DNA of 64,000 bases from an uncultured Gemmatimonadaceae bacterium (GCA_963817955.1 CAWFQK010000004.1:256001-320000), one strand, 5' to 3'; counted from the stretch's first letter, positions 31,235 to 42,252 are shown. Program-made: numbers and translations. Notes: generated from the letters alone by a model not told the origin.

Positions 31235-32202
31235 CGCCCCCGCTGCCCCTGATCGTGGCGCTCGCGGTCGTGGTCTGGCTGACCAGCGGCGGCATGGCTG
31301 TTCGGTCGGTGAGTCGCATCTGGCTGCGGCACTGGGCGGAGCGCCAACTGCGCGGTTCGGCCGCGGCGGTCACGTACCTGGAGCGGCCGCATCGACTCAT
31401 GACGGGAGCTGATGTCGGCGTTGCGCTGGCCCTCTTGCTCGCGGGCATGGCAATCGGCGTGTCCGGGCATGGAGCCAGCGTGGTGTGGGAGTCGATTGCA
31501 TTCGCGGGCGTCGTGATTGTCGTGGGCCAGTTGGTCCCGCGGGCGCTCGCCCGTCGATGGCCGGCGGCGGTGGCCCCGCTCACCCTTCCCGTGCTGCGAC
31601 TGACATTCGTCATCACGGCACCGATCGCCGCCGCGGGACGTTCGCTGGCACGCCTGTTCGTGAAGGATCGCTCCGAGCGGCTGCCCGTGGGTGAACGCGA
31701 TGCCATCCAGGATCTGTTGCGGGAGGGCGAGTTGGAAGGCGTCGGAGAGCACGAAGAGATTGCGATCATCAGCGGCGTGGTGGAGTTCAGCGAGAAGGTG
31801 GTCCGCGAGGTCATGACGCCACGATCGGACATGTTCGCGCTGCCCGATGGTCTCGATCCACATACGCTCGCCGTTCAGATTGCCCAGTCGCGCTATAGCC
31901 GCGTGCCGATCTATCATGAAACGCTCGACCACGTTGTCGGCATGGTGCACGTGTTCGACGTCATCAAGTCGCGCGATGATTCACCGCCGTCATTGCGCCC
32001 GGTTGCCGAGGCAACTCCCGAGGCCCCCTGCAACGAGCTACTCTTCCGCATGTTGCGGGAACGCCTGCACCTCGCGGTCGTTCGCGACAACGACGGGCGC
32101 ACGATTGGCCTCGTGACGCTCGAAGATCTGCTCGAAGAGCTCGTCGGCGACATTCGTGACGAGCACGATGAACCTGAGACACCACGACTACCCGGGACAT
32201 GA
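31231..32202 (+). CDS. Second CNNM/CBS protein lacking the CorC C-terminal domain
   Basis: TM region, EVMTPR, YSRVPIY, GLVTLEDLLEELVGDIRDEHD, then stop. Confidence 0.88.
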   Translation: MTPPLPLIVALAVVVWLTSGGMAVRSVSRIWLRHWAERQLRGSAAAVTYLERPHRLMTGADVGVALALLLAGMAIGVSGHGASVVWESIAFAGVVIVVGQLVPRALARRWPAAVAPLTLPVLRLTFVITAPIAAAGRSLARLFVKDRSERLPVGERDAIQDLLREGELEGVGEHEEIAIISGVVEFSEKVVREVMTPRSDMFALPDGLDPHTLAVQIAQSRYSRVPIYHETLDHVVGMVHVFDVIKSRDDSPPSLRPVAEATPEAPCNELLFRMLRERLHLAVVRDNDGRTIGLVTLEDLLEELVGDIRDEHDEPETPRLPGT

Positions 32203-33308
32203 CGGCGCCTGCTGCATTGGATCGCGACGCAAAGCTCCTCTCCGATTTCGACGCCGGCCACAAGGCCGCACTCGCGCGTGCCGTGAGCATCGTCGAAAAT
32301 CACCGGCCTGGCTTCGATCGATTGCTGGCGCGCCTGCAGATCCATCTCGGTCGCGCGCGCCGCATCGGAATCACCGGTCCGCCAGGAGCAGGGAAGAGCA
32401 CGCTCACCACGCTGCTCGTGCGCGCCTATCGCAACGCGGGGCTCACGGTTGGCGTCATTGCCGTCGATCCCACGTCACCATTCACCGGCGGCGCGCTGCT
32501 CGGCGATCGTATCCGCATGGGAGCGGTGGCGCTGGATCCGGGCGTGTTCATTCGTTCCATGGCGACGCGCGGGTCGCTCGGCGGCCTCGCCGCCGCCACC
32601 CGTGAGGTCGCGGACGTCCTCGACGCGTTCGGTCTCGATCGCATCCTCATCGAGACGGTTGGCGTGGGCCAGACGGAGCTCGACATCGCGCGCGCGGCAG
32701 ACACGAGCCTCGTCGTACTCGTCCCCGAGTCCGGCGACTCCATTCAGACGCTGAAGGCCGGATTGATGGAGATCGCCGACCTGTTCGCGGTGAACAAGGC
32801 CGATCGTCCGGGCGCCGATCATCTTCGGCACGAGCTCGAGCTCATGCTCGGCTTGCGCAACGGCGCAACGCTCCAGAACGTGCCCGCCCACCACGGCGTC
32901 CATCTACAACGATCGATGACGAAGGGCGAGCAGTTGGCAATGCACCCCGACCGTGCGGCGCGCGCCCTGGCACACGCCGAGCAGCCAGACGCCTGGACAC
33001 CTCCCGTCCTACGCACCGTCGCGGCGAATGGTGAAGGCGTGGCCGAGCTGATCGCCGCGCTCGACCGGCACTTTAGTTATCTTGAACGCAGTGGCACCCT
33101 CGGGGAGCGCCGCCGCGCGCGGCTGCGCGAGCGCGTGATCGACGTCGTTGAAGACCGGGTACGGCGCCGGCTGTGGCATGATGCCGGCACCAACACGTGG
33201 CTCGATGGGCAGCTCGCCGGGCTCGTTTCGGGTGCGACGAACCCCTTCGACGTGGCCGACGCGCTGCTGGCCCGAAGTGGAGACCTCCTGACGCGGATTG
33301 ACCGATGA
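32199..33308 (+). CDS. meaB: MeaB/ArgK GTPase chaperone for B12 mutases
   Basis: GITGPPGAGKST, AVDPTSPFTGGALLGDRIRM, ETVGVGQ, VNKAD. Confidence 0.95.
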   Translation: MTAPAALDRDAKLLSDFDAGHKAALARAVSIVENHRPGFDRLLARLQIHLGRARRIGITGPPGAGKSTLTTLLVRAYRNAGLTVGVIAVDPTSPFTGGALLGDRIRMGAVALDPGVFIRSMATRGSLGGLAAATREVADVLDAFGLDRILIETVGVGQTELDIARAADTSLVVLVPESGDSIQTLKAGLMEIADLFAVNKADRPGADHLRHELELMLGLRNGATLQNVPAHHGVHLQRSMTKGEQLAMHPDRAARALAHAEQPDAWTPPVLRTVAANGEGVAELIAALDRHFSYLERSGTLGERRRARLRERVIDVVEDRVRRRLWHDAGTNTWLDGQLAGLVSGATNPFDVADALLARSGDLLTRIDR

Positions 33309-35005
33309 CTTCGACGCGAGATTTCACCTCCGACACCGAACCGGCACAGCGGGCCGAACTCGACCGCCTCCGCGCCGAAGTCGCCGAATGGCGCCGCCGA
33401 TACGCACAGGGCGAGTTACGCGACATCGTGTTCACCAACTCTGTGGGCGAGATCGAGCCGCTCTACACGGCGCTCGACGTCGAGCCAAGGATCGGCTGAG
33501 TCGCTCGGTGTTCCCGGCACGTATCCGTTCACCCGGGGCATTCATCCCACCGGCTATCGCGGCAAGCTGTGGACGATGCGCCAGTTCGCCGGATTCGGCA
33601 GTGCGCGCGACACGAACGAGCGCTTCAAGTTCCTCCTCGCGCAAGGCCAGACGGGGCTCTCTGTCGCGTTCGATTTCCCCACGCTGATGGGGTACGACTC
33701 GGATCATCCGCGCTCGGAAGGCGAAGTCGGAAAGACCGGCGTGGCCATCTCGAGCCTCGCCGACATGGAGGTGCTGTTCGACGGCATTCCGCTCGATCGA
33801 AGTCTCGACGTCGATGACGATCAACGGGCCGGCGATCATCCTCTGGGCCTTCTACATCGCCGCTGCCGAGAAGCAGGGCGTCTCGTCCGACAAGCTGCGT
33901 GGCACGATCCAGAACGACATTCTGAAGGAGTACATGGCGCAGCACGCCTGGTGCTTCCCGATCGAGCCGGCGCTGCGTCTGATCGTCGATTGCTTCGAGT
34001 GGGGCGCCAAGCACGCACCGCACTGGAATACGATCTCCATCTCCGGCTACCACATCCGCGAAGCGGGAGCGACGGCGGCGCAGGAGCTGGCGTTCACGCT
34101 GGCCGACGGCTTCACGTACGTCGAACGCGGCATGGCCCGCGGGCTCGACGTCGACGAGTTCGCGCCGCGCCTGTCGTTCTTCTGGGACATCCATAACGAC
34201 TTCTTCGAGGAGATCGCCAAACTGCGCGCGGCGCGACGCATCTGGGCGCGGCACCTGAAGGAGCGCTACGGCGCGAAGAGCCCGCGCTCGTGGATCATGC
34301 GCTTCCATTCGCAGACGGCGGGCGTGACGCTCACCGCGCAGCAGCCGATGAACAACGTCGTCCGCGTGGCCTATCAGGCGCTCGCCGCGGTGCTCGGCGG
34401 CACGCAGTCGCTGCACACGAACTCCATGGACGAGACGCTGGCGCTGCCGACGGAAGAAGCCGTGCAGGTGGCGCTCCGCACGCAGCAGATTCTCGCCTAC
34501 GAAACCGGCGTGCCCAACGGTGATCGATCCGCTGGGCGGCTCCTACTACATCGAGGCGCTCACCGACCAACTCGAGCGTGAAGCCGAGTCGATGTTCGAG
34601 GAGATCGAACGCCTCGGCGGCGTGGTGGCAGGGCTGGAGACCGGCTGGTTCCAGCGCAAGATCGCTGAGTCGGCGTCGCGCCAGCAGTGGGAGATCGAGC
34701 AGCACCGCCGCGCCATCGTCGGCGTGAACGAGTTCGTCACCGACGAACCGGAGCTGACGATTCCAATGCTCAGGGTGGGACCGGAAGCCGAACGCTCGCA
34801 ACGCGAAGCCATGGCGAAGATGCGTGCCGAGCGGAGTGACGAGGCGTGCACGGCCGCGCTCGACCGGCTGCGTGCAGCCGCGAGGGGGACCGGCAACGTA
34901 TTCCCGTTCATCCTCGAGTGTGCCCGCCAGTACTGCACGCTGTACGAGATCCGCGCCGCGCTGGAAGACGTGTTTGGCGCGTATCGGGAGCCGGTGTTCT
35001 TTTGA
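33305..35005 (+). CDS. B12-dependent acyl-CoA mutase large (substrate-binding) subunit, ICM-like; frameshifts near 33490, 33800 and 34520
   Basis: [82 protein letters not shown] across frames. Confidence 0.9.
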
Positions 35006-35016
35006 TCGCCCCAGAG

Positions 35017-35295
35017 ATGATCGTCGTTCCGGCGATGTTCGGTATTCCGGCAGCCGTCATCGCACTCAAGATGTGGCTCAGCCACACTGAGAAGATGGCG
35101 AAGATCCGCGCGGGCTCCACGTCGCCCGGGGAGATGGACGAGCGTTTGGCGCGGCTCGAGCAGGCAGTCGAGGCAGTCGCCGTCGAGATGGAACGAGTGG
35201 GCGAAGGACAGCGATTCGTGACGAAGCTGCTCGCTGAGCGAGCATCGCCCACAAATGCAGCGCAGGTCCAGGAGCGGGCGAGCACGCCGGAGTAA
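35017..35295 (+). CDS. Small single-TM coiled-coil protein
   Basis: Hydrophobic N-terminus then ERLARLEQAVEAVAVEMERVGEGQRFVTKLL; alternative TTG start at 35002. Confidence 0.7.
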   Translation: MIVVPAMFGIPAAVIALKMWLSHTEKMAKIRAGSTSPGEMDERLARLEQAVEAVAVEMERVGEGQRFVTKLLAERASPTNAAQVQERASTPE

Positions 35296-35347
35296 CCGAG
35301 GCCCCACCGAACGGAGCGCCCCTCGGACGTCCGGCTATCTTCCTGCC

Positions 35348-36148
35348 ATGCCGCGACCCAAGAAGACCGCCGATTGGTGGAAGACCTACTTCGACGCCCA
35401 ATACCTGCTCGAATACGAGCCGCTGTTCGGCTCCGAGACAGACCGCCACCAGGTCGCACGGATCATGGACGTGATCGGCCTGCCTGCTGGCGCACGCGTG
35501 CTGGACGTGCCCTGCGGACAGGGCCGCCACGCACATCTGCTGGCGGAAGCAGGGTTCGACGTCGACGCGCTCGACTATTCGCCCGATCTGCTCAAGCTCG
35601 CCCGCGCCCGCGGGACCGGCGCCCGGTTGCGCTACACCCGCGGCGACATGCGCATGCTGCCTGCGCGGTGGACAGGACGATTCGATGCTGTGCTGAATCT
35701 CTTCACGTCATTCGGCTTCTTCACCGAACCGGCGGACGACCGACGCGTGCTCGCCGAGTTTGCCCGAGTGCTCGCGCCGAACGGTATTCTCGTGTGGCAT
35801 GGCGGCGATCGTGACGGCGTCATGGCGCGATTTCTCCACCGCGACTGGTGGCAGACGGAAGACGGAACGCTCATTGCCCACGATCGCACGTTCGACTCGC
35901 TGTCCGGCGTATTGACCGTGTACTCCGTATGGTCGGGGCCTGCCGGCCGCGGCTCGCGGGAACACCGGATTCGCCTGTACACGCCCACTCGGTTGGCCGA
36001 ACTGTGCGCCGACGTCGGCCTGATCGTCGAACAGGCGTACGACGGCTTCACGTCGCGTCCCCTGGGGCGCCGCTCGAGCGAGATGCTGCTCGTGGCGCGC
36101 AAGAGCGGACCCGCACGTCCGTTGCCCCGGGCTCGCCGCGTCCGCTAA
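35348..36148 (+). CDS. Class I SAM-dependent methyltransferase
   Basis: [29 protein letters not shown]. Confidence 0.9.
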   Translation: MPRPKKTADWWKTYFDAQYLLEYEPLFGSETDRHQVARIMDVIGLPAGARVLDVPCGQGRHAHLLAEAGFDVDALDYSPDLLKLARARGTGARLRYTRGDMRMLPARWTGRFDAVLNLFTSFGFFTEPADDRRVLAEFARVLAPNGILVWHGGDRDGVMARFLHRDWWQTEDGTLIAHDRTFDSLSGVLTVYSVWSGPAGRGSREHRIRLYTPTRLAELCADVGLIVEQAYDGFTSRPLGRRSSEMLLVARKSGPARPLPRARRVR

Positions 36149-36230
36149 CTTTGATCACCACCGGGACGCAACGTACCACGGGAATCCGCTGTGTGACGCG
36201 TCCCCCGCAGGACCCCCTCGACTCGGAAGT

Positions 36231-36641
36231 ATGCGTCCCATTCGCGTGCTGGTTGCCAAGCCTGGCCTCGACGGACACGATCGTGGCGCGAAGGTTGTCG
36301 CTGCCGCGCTCCGCGACGCCGGCATGGAAGTCATCTATACAGGGCTGCATCAGACCCCAGAAATGATCGCCACCGCCGCCGTCCAGGAAGACGTGGACGT
36401 GGTCGGACTGTCGATCCTCAGCGGCGCCCACATGACGTTGTTCCCGCGCGTGCACGAGTTGCTGCACGAACAGGGGCGCGACGACATCCTGATCACCGGC
36501 GGCGGCATCATCCCCAAGGAAGACATGGATGCGCTGCGCCAGATCGGGATTGGCCGGCTCTTCGGACCGGGAACGCCGACCACTGCGTTGATCGCGTACA
36601 TTCGCGAGTGGTTCGCCGAGCGCGAACGGCAAGAAGCGTGA
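36231..36641 (+). CDS. Cobalamin-binding small subunit of acyl-CoA mutase
   Basis: [13 protein letters not shown] (DxHxxG), SILSGAH, GGGIIP. Confidence 0.95.
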   Translation: MRPIRVLVAKPGLDGHDRGAKVVAAALRDAGMEVIYTGLHQTPEMIATAAVQEDVDVVGLSILSGAHMTLFPRVHELLHEQGRDDILITGGGIIPKEDMDALRQIGIGRLFGPGTPTTALIAYIREWFAERERQEA

Positions 36642-38251
36642 GCGGTCGGCTACGCGAGCTGAGTGCCGAGGTTCGCCAACTCGAGGCGCAGCTGAGGGAA
36701 GGGGGCGGGGCAGACAAGATCGCGCGACAGCACAAGCAGGGAAAGCTCACGGCACGCGAGCGCATCGAGCGGCTCTGTGACGCGGGCACGCGTTTTCTCG
36801 AGATCGGGCTGCTCATGGCCTACGATCAGTACGACGGCCAGGCGCCGGGCGCCGGCGTCGTCATCGGGATCGGCACCGTGTGCGGGCGCGACGTGGTGAT
36901 CGTGGCCAACGACGCCACGGTCAAGGCAGGCTCCTGGTGGCCGGAGACGATCAAGAAGATGCTGCGCGCGCAGGAGATCGCCATGCGCTGCCGCATCCCC
37001 ATCATCTACCTCGTCGATTCATCAGGCGTGAACCTGCCGTACCAGGGTGGCGTGTTCCCGGGGCAGTACGGCGCCAGCCGGTTGTTTTACTATAATTCAA
37101 TAATGCGTAGGTACTTACGCATCCCGCAGCTCGCCGCGGTCATGGGCCCCTGCATTGCCGGCGGTGCGTATCTGCCGGCGCTCTCCGATCTGATCGTCAT
37201 GGTGAAGGGCTCGTCGTTCATGGGACTGGGCGGCCCGAATCTCGTCAAGGGCGCGACCGGCCAGACGATCGACGGCGAAACGCTCGGCGGCGCCACGACA
37301 CACACGGAGATCAGCGGCGTGGCGCACTACGCCGTGGACGACGATGAGGCGGGGCTCGCCAAACTGCGTGACCTGGTCTCGATGCTGCCAGCGCCACGCA
37401 CGAACGCGCGAACGAGTGCACCCGAGGACGGCGGCGCCACCCCCGAGGCGCTCTATGACATGCTGCCGTCGGATCACCGCATGCCCTACGACATGTATGC
37501 GCTGTTGCGCGGATTTCTCGATGGCGGCAAGCTGGACGAATTCCAGCCCAACCTTGCCCGCGAGATGATCTGCGCTGACGCCCGTATCGAGGGCATTCCG
37601 ATCGGCGTCATTGCCAACCATCGCGGTCTCGTGAAGGGGCGCGCCGGCGAAAAGCCGCGCTTCGGCGGAATCGTCTATGCCGAGAGCGCCGAAAAGGTGG
37701 CGTTCTTCATCGATCGGTGCGACCGCGAGCATATCCCGTTGTTGTTCGTGCAGGACGTCTCGGGTTTCATGGTTGGACCGGAGGCCGAGCACGCCGGGAT
37801 CATCCGGGCCGGGGCTCATTTCGTCGAAGCCATGGCGACGGCGCGCGTGCCGAAGATCGTCCTCACCGTGAACCACGCGTCCGGCGCCGGCTACTATGCC
37901 ATGGCGGGCCAGGGATTCGATCCCGACTTCATCTTCAGTTGGCCCACCGGACGCATGGGCGTCATGGAAGGCGAGTCGGCGGTGCAGGCGGTGCACGGGC
38001 CGGCACTCGCGCAATCCCGGGCGGCGAAGGAGCCGCTGCCGGCAGCCGTCGCGGCGTCGGTGGACGAGATGCGCGCCGACTACGAGCATCAGCTGGATGC
38101 CCGATACGCCGGCGCGCGCGGGTTCATCGACGCGATCGTCTATCCCGAAGATACCCGCGACGTGCTGGCACTCGCGTTTCGCGCCTCGCTGCAAAATCCC
38201 GGACCGCATCTCGGTCCCTTCGTTCTTCCCGCACACTCCGATGACGCATGA
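36638..38251 (+). CDS. Acyl-CoA carboxylase carboxyltransferase (beta) subunit, MccB-like
   Basis: [52 protein letters not shown]. Confidence 0.92.
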   Translation: MSGRLRELSAEVRQLEAQLREGGGADKIARQHKQGKLTARERIERLCDAGTRFLEIGLLMAYDQYDGQAPGAGVVIGIGTVCGRDVVIVANDATVKAGSWWPETIKKMLRAQEIAMRCRIPIIYLVDSSGVNLPYQGGVFPGQYGASRLFYYNSIMRRYLRIPQLAAVMGPCIAGGAYLPALSDLIVMVKGSSFMGLGGPNLVKGATGQTIDGETLGGATTHTEISGVAHYAVDDDEAGLAKLRDLVSMLPAPRTNARTSAPEDGGATPEALYDMLPSDHRMPYDMYALLRGFLDGGKLDEFQPNLAREMICADARIEGIPIGVIANHRGLVKGRAGEKPRFGGIVYAESAEKVAFFIDRCDREHIPLLFVQDVSGFMVGPEAEHAGIIRAGAHFVEAMATARVPKIVLTVNHASGAGYYAMAGQGFDPDFIFSWPTGRMGVMEGESAVQAVHGPALAQSRAAKEPLPAAVAASVDEMRADYEHQLDARYAGARGFIDAIVYPEDTRDVLALAFRASLQNPGPHLGPFVLPAHSDDA

Positions 38252-39625
38252 GTAACCACACGGGCGAGCGCGTCGTACGCGTCGCATCCGGGCAGGGGTT
38301 CTGGGGCGATTGGCTCGAAGCGCCCAGACGGCAGGTGGAAGGCGGCGACGTCGATTACTTGATGCTCGACTACCTCGCCGAAGTCACGATGAGCATTCTG
38401 CAAAAGCAGAAAGAGCGCGACCCGAAAATGGGGTATGCGCGTGACTTCGTCGGCGCCATCGAGAGCGTGCTTCCGGCCGTCGCCACGCGCGGCGTTCGCG
38501 TCATCGCGAACGCCGGTGGCGTCAATCCGCCCGCCTGCGCCGAAGCCATTCGTGGGGTGGCGAAGAAACATGGCGTTTCAGATGCCATCCGCATTGGGAT
38601 CGTCACCGGAGACGACCTGCTCCCGCGCCTCGACGAGCTCATGGCCAGCGGCCACGCATTGGCGAACATGGAGACGGGCGAGCCGCTCTCCACCGTGCGC
38701 GATCGCGTGCTGTCCGCCAACGCGTACATCGGCTCGACGCCCATCGTGGAGGCACTGGCCCAGAACGCCAACATCGTCATCACCGGGCGCTCGACGGATA
38801 CCGCGCTGACGATGGCACCGCTCCGGTACGAGTTCGGGTGGGGAGACGAGGACTGGGATCGCCTCGCCGCGGGGATCATTGCCGGCCACACCATCGAGTG
38901 CGGCGCGCAGTGTTCCGGCGGCAACTGCCTGTATGATTGGCAGAACATTCCAGATCTGGCGAATGTCGGATACCCGATCGTCGAAGGACATGCCGACGGG
39001 AGCTTCGTCGTCTACAAGCATCCGAACACCGGTGGCCGCATCTCGGTGCCGTCCGTCAGCGAGCAGCTCGTCTACGAAATGGGCGATCCGCATTCGTACA
39101 TCACGCCGGACGTGATCGCCGACTTCACGAGCATCCGCCTGGAAGCCGCCGGCGAGAATCGCGTTCGCGTCTTCGGCATCAAGGGCCGTCCGCCCACCGA
39201 CAAGCTCAAGGTCTCCATTGCCTACCGCGCCGGATTCAAAGCGGTTGGCACACTCGTCTACTCGTGGCCCGACGCCCTGCCCAAGGCCGAGGCGGCCGAT
39301 CGTGTGCTGCGCGAACGGCTGGATCGCTTGGGGCTCAAGTTCGATCACATCCTGACCGAGTTCGTCGGCGTCAACGCCACCCACGGGCCGTTGGCCGGGG
39401 AGCCGACACGACGTTCCCGAGGTGCAGCTCCGCGTCGGCGTGCGCGGCGGAGACAAGGCGGCAGTGGAGCGTTTCACCCGCGAGCTCATTCCGCTCGTAC
39501 TGAACGGACCGCCGAGCGTCACCGGATTCGCCGGTGGCCGCCCAAAGGTCGAGGAGATCGTGGCCTATTGGCCCGCACTCGTCGACAAGACCGTCGTACA
39601 GACCAAGGTCGAGGTGCTCTCATGA
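38248..39625 (+). CDS. AtuA (DUF1446) acyclic terpene utilisation family protein, frameshift near 39410
   Basis: [59 protein letters not shown]. Confidence 0.88.
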
Positions 39626-40009
39626 AAGTCAGTCTCCTCGACATCGCGCATGCCCGGTCGGGCGACAAGGGCGACACGGCGAATGTCGGCGTCATCGCGC
39701 TCAAGCCGGAGTGGTACGCCACGCTCGCAGCGGCATCTCACGCTCGAGCGTGTGCAGCAGCATTTCAAGGACGTGATCACGGGACCGGTGGAGCGGTACG
39801 AGCTGCCGAATCTCAACGCGCTCAATTTCCTGTTGCACGGCGCGCTCGATGGCGGTGGCACCTTGTCGCTCAAGACCGACGCGCAGGGCAAAGTGTTTTC
39901 CACCGCAATGCTGCGGCTCCAGCTCGACGTCCCTGACGAGGAGGCCAAGGCCGTGAAGATGCCGGGGGCGAAGCAGTGGCCGTCCTACACCCGGTCACCC
40001 AAGGATTGA
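39622..40009 (+). CDS. AtuA C-terminal ferredoxin-like small protein, frameshift near 39730
   Basis: [18 protein letters not shown] then, in another frame, [33 protein letters not shown]. Confidence 0.85.
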
Positions 40010-40173
40010 CGTTGCGGCACCGAACGCCGGCCCAGCTCGCGCTCCTTGCCGTTGGCCTGATCGTCTGGGGTTACGGCCAGCGGATCGACGACCCCCGTCT
40101 CCGCTGGATCGGAATCGCATTGTTCGCGGTCGCCACGGTGCTTCGATTTGTGGAGCGGAAGTCCCGGGATTAG
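39976..40173 (+). CDS. Small two-TM hypothetical membrane protein
   Basis: Two hydrophobic segments around GQRIDDPRLRW; overlaps the previous gene. Confidence 0.55.
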   Translation: MAVLHPVTQGLTLRHRTPAQLALLAVGLIVWGYGQRIDDPRLRWIGIALFAVATVLRFVERKSRD

Positions 40174-40187
40174 TGAGCGAAGTTTCT

Positions 40188-40266
40188 GGGACACGGGACA
40201 CGGGACACGCGACGGCCTGTCATCCTGAGCAAAGGCGTGTCATCCTGAGCGAAGCGAAGGATCCCT
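40188..40266 (+). repeat. GGGACAC x3 followed by REP-like TGTCATCCTGAGC(GAAGCGAAGGATCC) units
   Basis: 7-bp tandem 40188-40208; TGTCATCCTGAGC at 40218 and 40238. Confidence 0.85.
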
Positions 40267-40415
40267 GTGACCGGTGGGCCGACCGTCGACGTCACCTTGT
40301 CGCTGAGCGGAACGACATGGCGGCGAGTGGCGGCGGATCAGTGGCGGCGGTTGATTTGAACGATCCCCCCTCGACATTCGTCACCCGATACTGAGGCCGT
40401 CGCCCTCTCCCCCCG

Positions 40416-42149
40416 ATGCTCCGCTCAACGTGTTCCCTTGCGACGCTCGCTGCCGTCGCTGCGATCATGACCATACCCGCCGTCCCGCAGGCCGCGTTCG
40501 CGCAGGACCGCTCGCAATCCCGCTCGATGGTCATGTCGCCCAGCGGCATCGTGGCCAGTGAAGCCGTGTTGGCCTCGCAAGTAGGCGTATCGATCCTCGA
40601 GCACGGCGGCAATGCGATAGACGCAGCGGTTGCCACGAACGCGATGATGGGCCTGATCGCGCCGATGAACAACGGTATCGGTGGCGATCTTTTCGCGATC
40701 GTGTACGAGGCGAAGACCGGAAAGCTCTATGGCCTGAATGCATCAGGGTGGGCACCGACGGGACTGACACCTGACCTGCTGGCGGCAAGAGGCATCACGG
40801 CGATGCCTCAGAAGGGGATTCTCTCGGTGACGGTCCCCGGGACAGTCGACGGCTGGGCCAACATGCTCCAGCGGTTTGGACGCATGCAATTCGCCGACGT
40901 GCTCGCGCCGGCGATTGCGTATGCCGAGCAGGGTTTCGCTGTGGGCGAGGTGGTGAGTGTCTTCTGGAAAGACAGCCAGGATGCGTTGCGCGCGGACGCG
41001 CCGACGGCCAAGACGTTTCTGGTGAATGGCACGGCGCCGGCCGCGGGTGAGATATTTCATAATCCCGACCTGGCGTGGAGCTATCGGCAGATTGCAGCAC
41101 ACGGGCGCGACGCCTTCTATAAGGGAGAGATTGCGCACAAGATTCTCGCCACGTCGGCGAGTCACGCCGGCACGATGACGGCGGCCGATCTGGCCGACTT
41201 CAAAGGCGAGTGGGTGGATCTGGTATCGACGACGTACCATGGGTGGACAGTCTATGAGCTGCCCCCGAACGGACAGGGGATCGCCGCGCTCGAGATGCTC
41301 AACATCATGGAGCAGTTCCCGTTGGCTGAATACGGCAACAACTCGCCGCGTGCGCTGCACGCGATGATCGAGGCCAAGAAGCTCGCCTACGCCGACATGC
41401 TGCGCTACGACGCCGACCCACGGTTCGCGAAGATCCCCGTGGAAGGGTTGCGCAGCAAGGAATTCGCACGGGCGCGCGCGAAGTTGATCGATCCGGCGAA
41501 GGCGAATTGCAACGTGCCGGCGGGCACGCCGCCGGCCACCGACCACGGAACGACATATCTCAGCGTCGTCGATCGCGACGGCAATATGGTTTCGCTCATT
41601 CAGAGCAACTACGCGAGCGTCGGCTTCGGATCGGGGCTCGCCGTGGGCGGTGCGGGGTTCGCGCTACAGAACCGCGGAGGGTTGTTCACGCTCGACCGCT
41701 CGCATCCCAACGTGCTCGCGCCGCGCAAGCGCCCAGTGCACACGATCATCCCTGCGTTCATGGAGCGTGGCGACGTGCGCATCGCGTTCGGGATCATGGG
41801 TGGATGGAACCAGGGGCAGGCGCACGCCCAATTCGTGTCGAACGTGGTGGATTTCGGTATGAACATCCAGAAGGCGTTGGATACGCCACGGTTCTCGAAA
41901 GAGACCTTTCCGGGATGTGACGTGAACATCGAGTCACGCATTCCCGAGCCAGTGCGCTCGGCGCTGACCGCGCTCGGCCACCAGCTCGTGATGCGCGGCG
42001 ACTACTCGGCGACACGCATGGGAGCCGGCCAAGCCGTGCTGCGTGATTTTGGCAAGAAGGTGAACTTCGGCGCGTCCGATCCGCGGAAGGACGGTGCGGC
42101 GGTGATGGAGTTGACGACAGCGGCGAGCCGGCACGAAATTCCGCGGTGA
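40416..42149 (+). CDS. ggt: Gamma-glutamyltransferase, exported
   Basis: Signal peptide, GGNAIDAAVA, GIGGDLF, VTVPG, PPNGQG, GTTYLSVVD nucleophile Thr, KRPVHTIIP, GASDPRKDG. Confidence 0.94.
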   Translation: MLRSTCSLATLAAVAAIMTIPAVPQAAFAQDRSQSRSMVMSPSGIVASEAVLASQVGVSILEHGGNAIDAAVATNAMMGLIAPMNNGIGGDLFAIVYEAKTGKLYGLNASGWAPTGLTPDLLAARGITAMPQKGILSVTVPGTVDGWANMLQRFGRMQFADVLAPAIAYAEQGFAVGEVVSVFWKDSQDALRADAPTAKTFLVNGTAPAAGEIFHNPDLAWSYRQIAAHGRDAFYKGEIAHKILATSASHAGTMTAADLADFKGEWVDLVSTTYHGWTVYELPPNGQGIAALEMLNIMEQFPLAEYGNNSPRALHAMIEAKKLAYADMLRYDADPRFAKIPVEGLRSKEFARARAKLIDPAKANCNVPAGTPPATDHGTTYLSVVDRDGNMVSLIQSNYASVGFGSGLAVGGAGFALQNRGGLFTLDRSHPNVLAPRKRPVHTIIPAFMERGDVRIAFGIMGGWNQGQAHAQFVSNVVDFGMNIQKALDTPRFSKETFPGCDVNIESRIPEPVRSALTALGHQLVMRGDYSATRMGAGQAVLRDFGKKVNFGASDPRKDGAAVMELTTAASRHEIPR

Positions 42150-42252
42150 GCTGTTCCGCTGACGTGCGGAGCTGTTCCGGTGACGTGCGGAGCCGTTTCG
42201 CTGATGCGGAATGCCGTTCCGACGATGCGGCCGGCCGTTTCGATAACTGCAG
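42148..42252 (+). repeat. Degenerate 21-bp tandem repeat x5
   Basis: GAGCTGTTCCGCTGACGTGCG, GAGCTGTTCCGGTGACGTGCG, then three decaying copies that keep GCYGTTYCG. Confidence 0.8.

Noticed and set aside
33576..33950. Annotation as methylmalonyl-CoA mutase
   Set aside because: Specificity positions are Phe and Gln, not Tyr and Arg.
33305..35005. Programmed frameshifting or true pseudogene in the mutase (also atuA and rne)
   Set aside because: Multiple scattered indels without slippery sites, in conserved genes with intact partners, fit consensus errors better.
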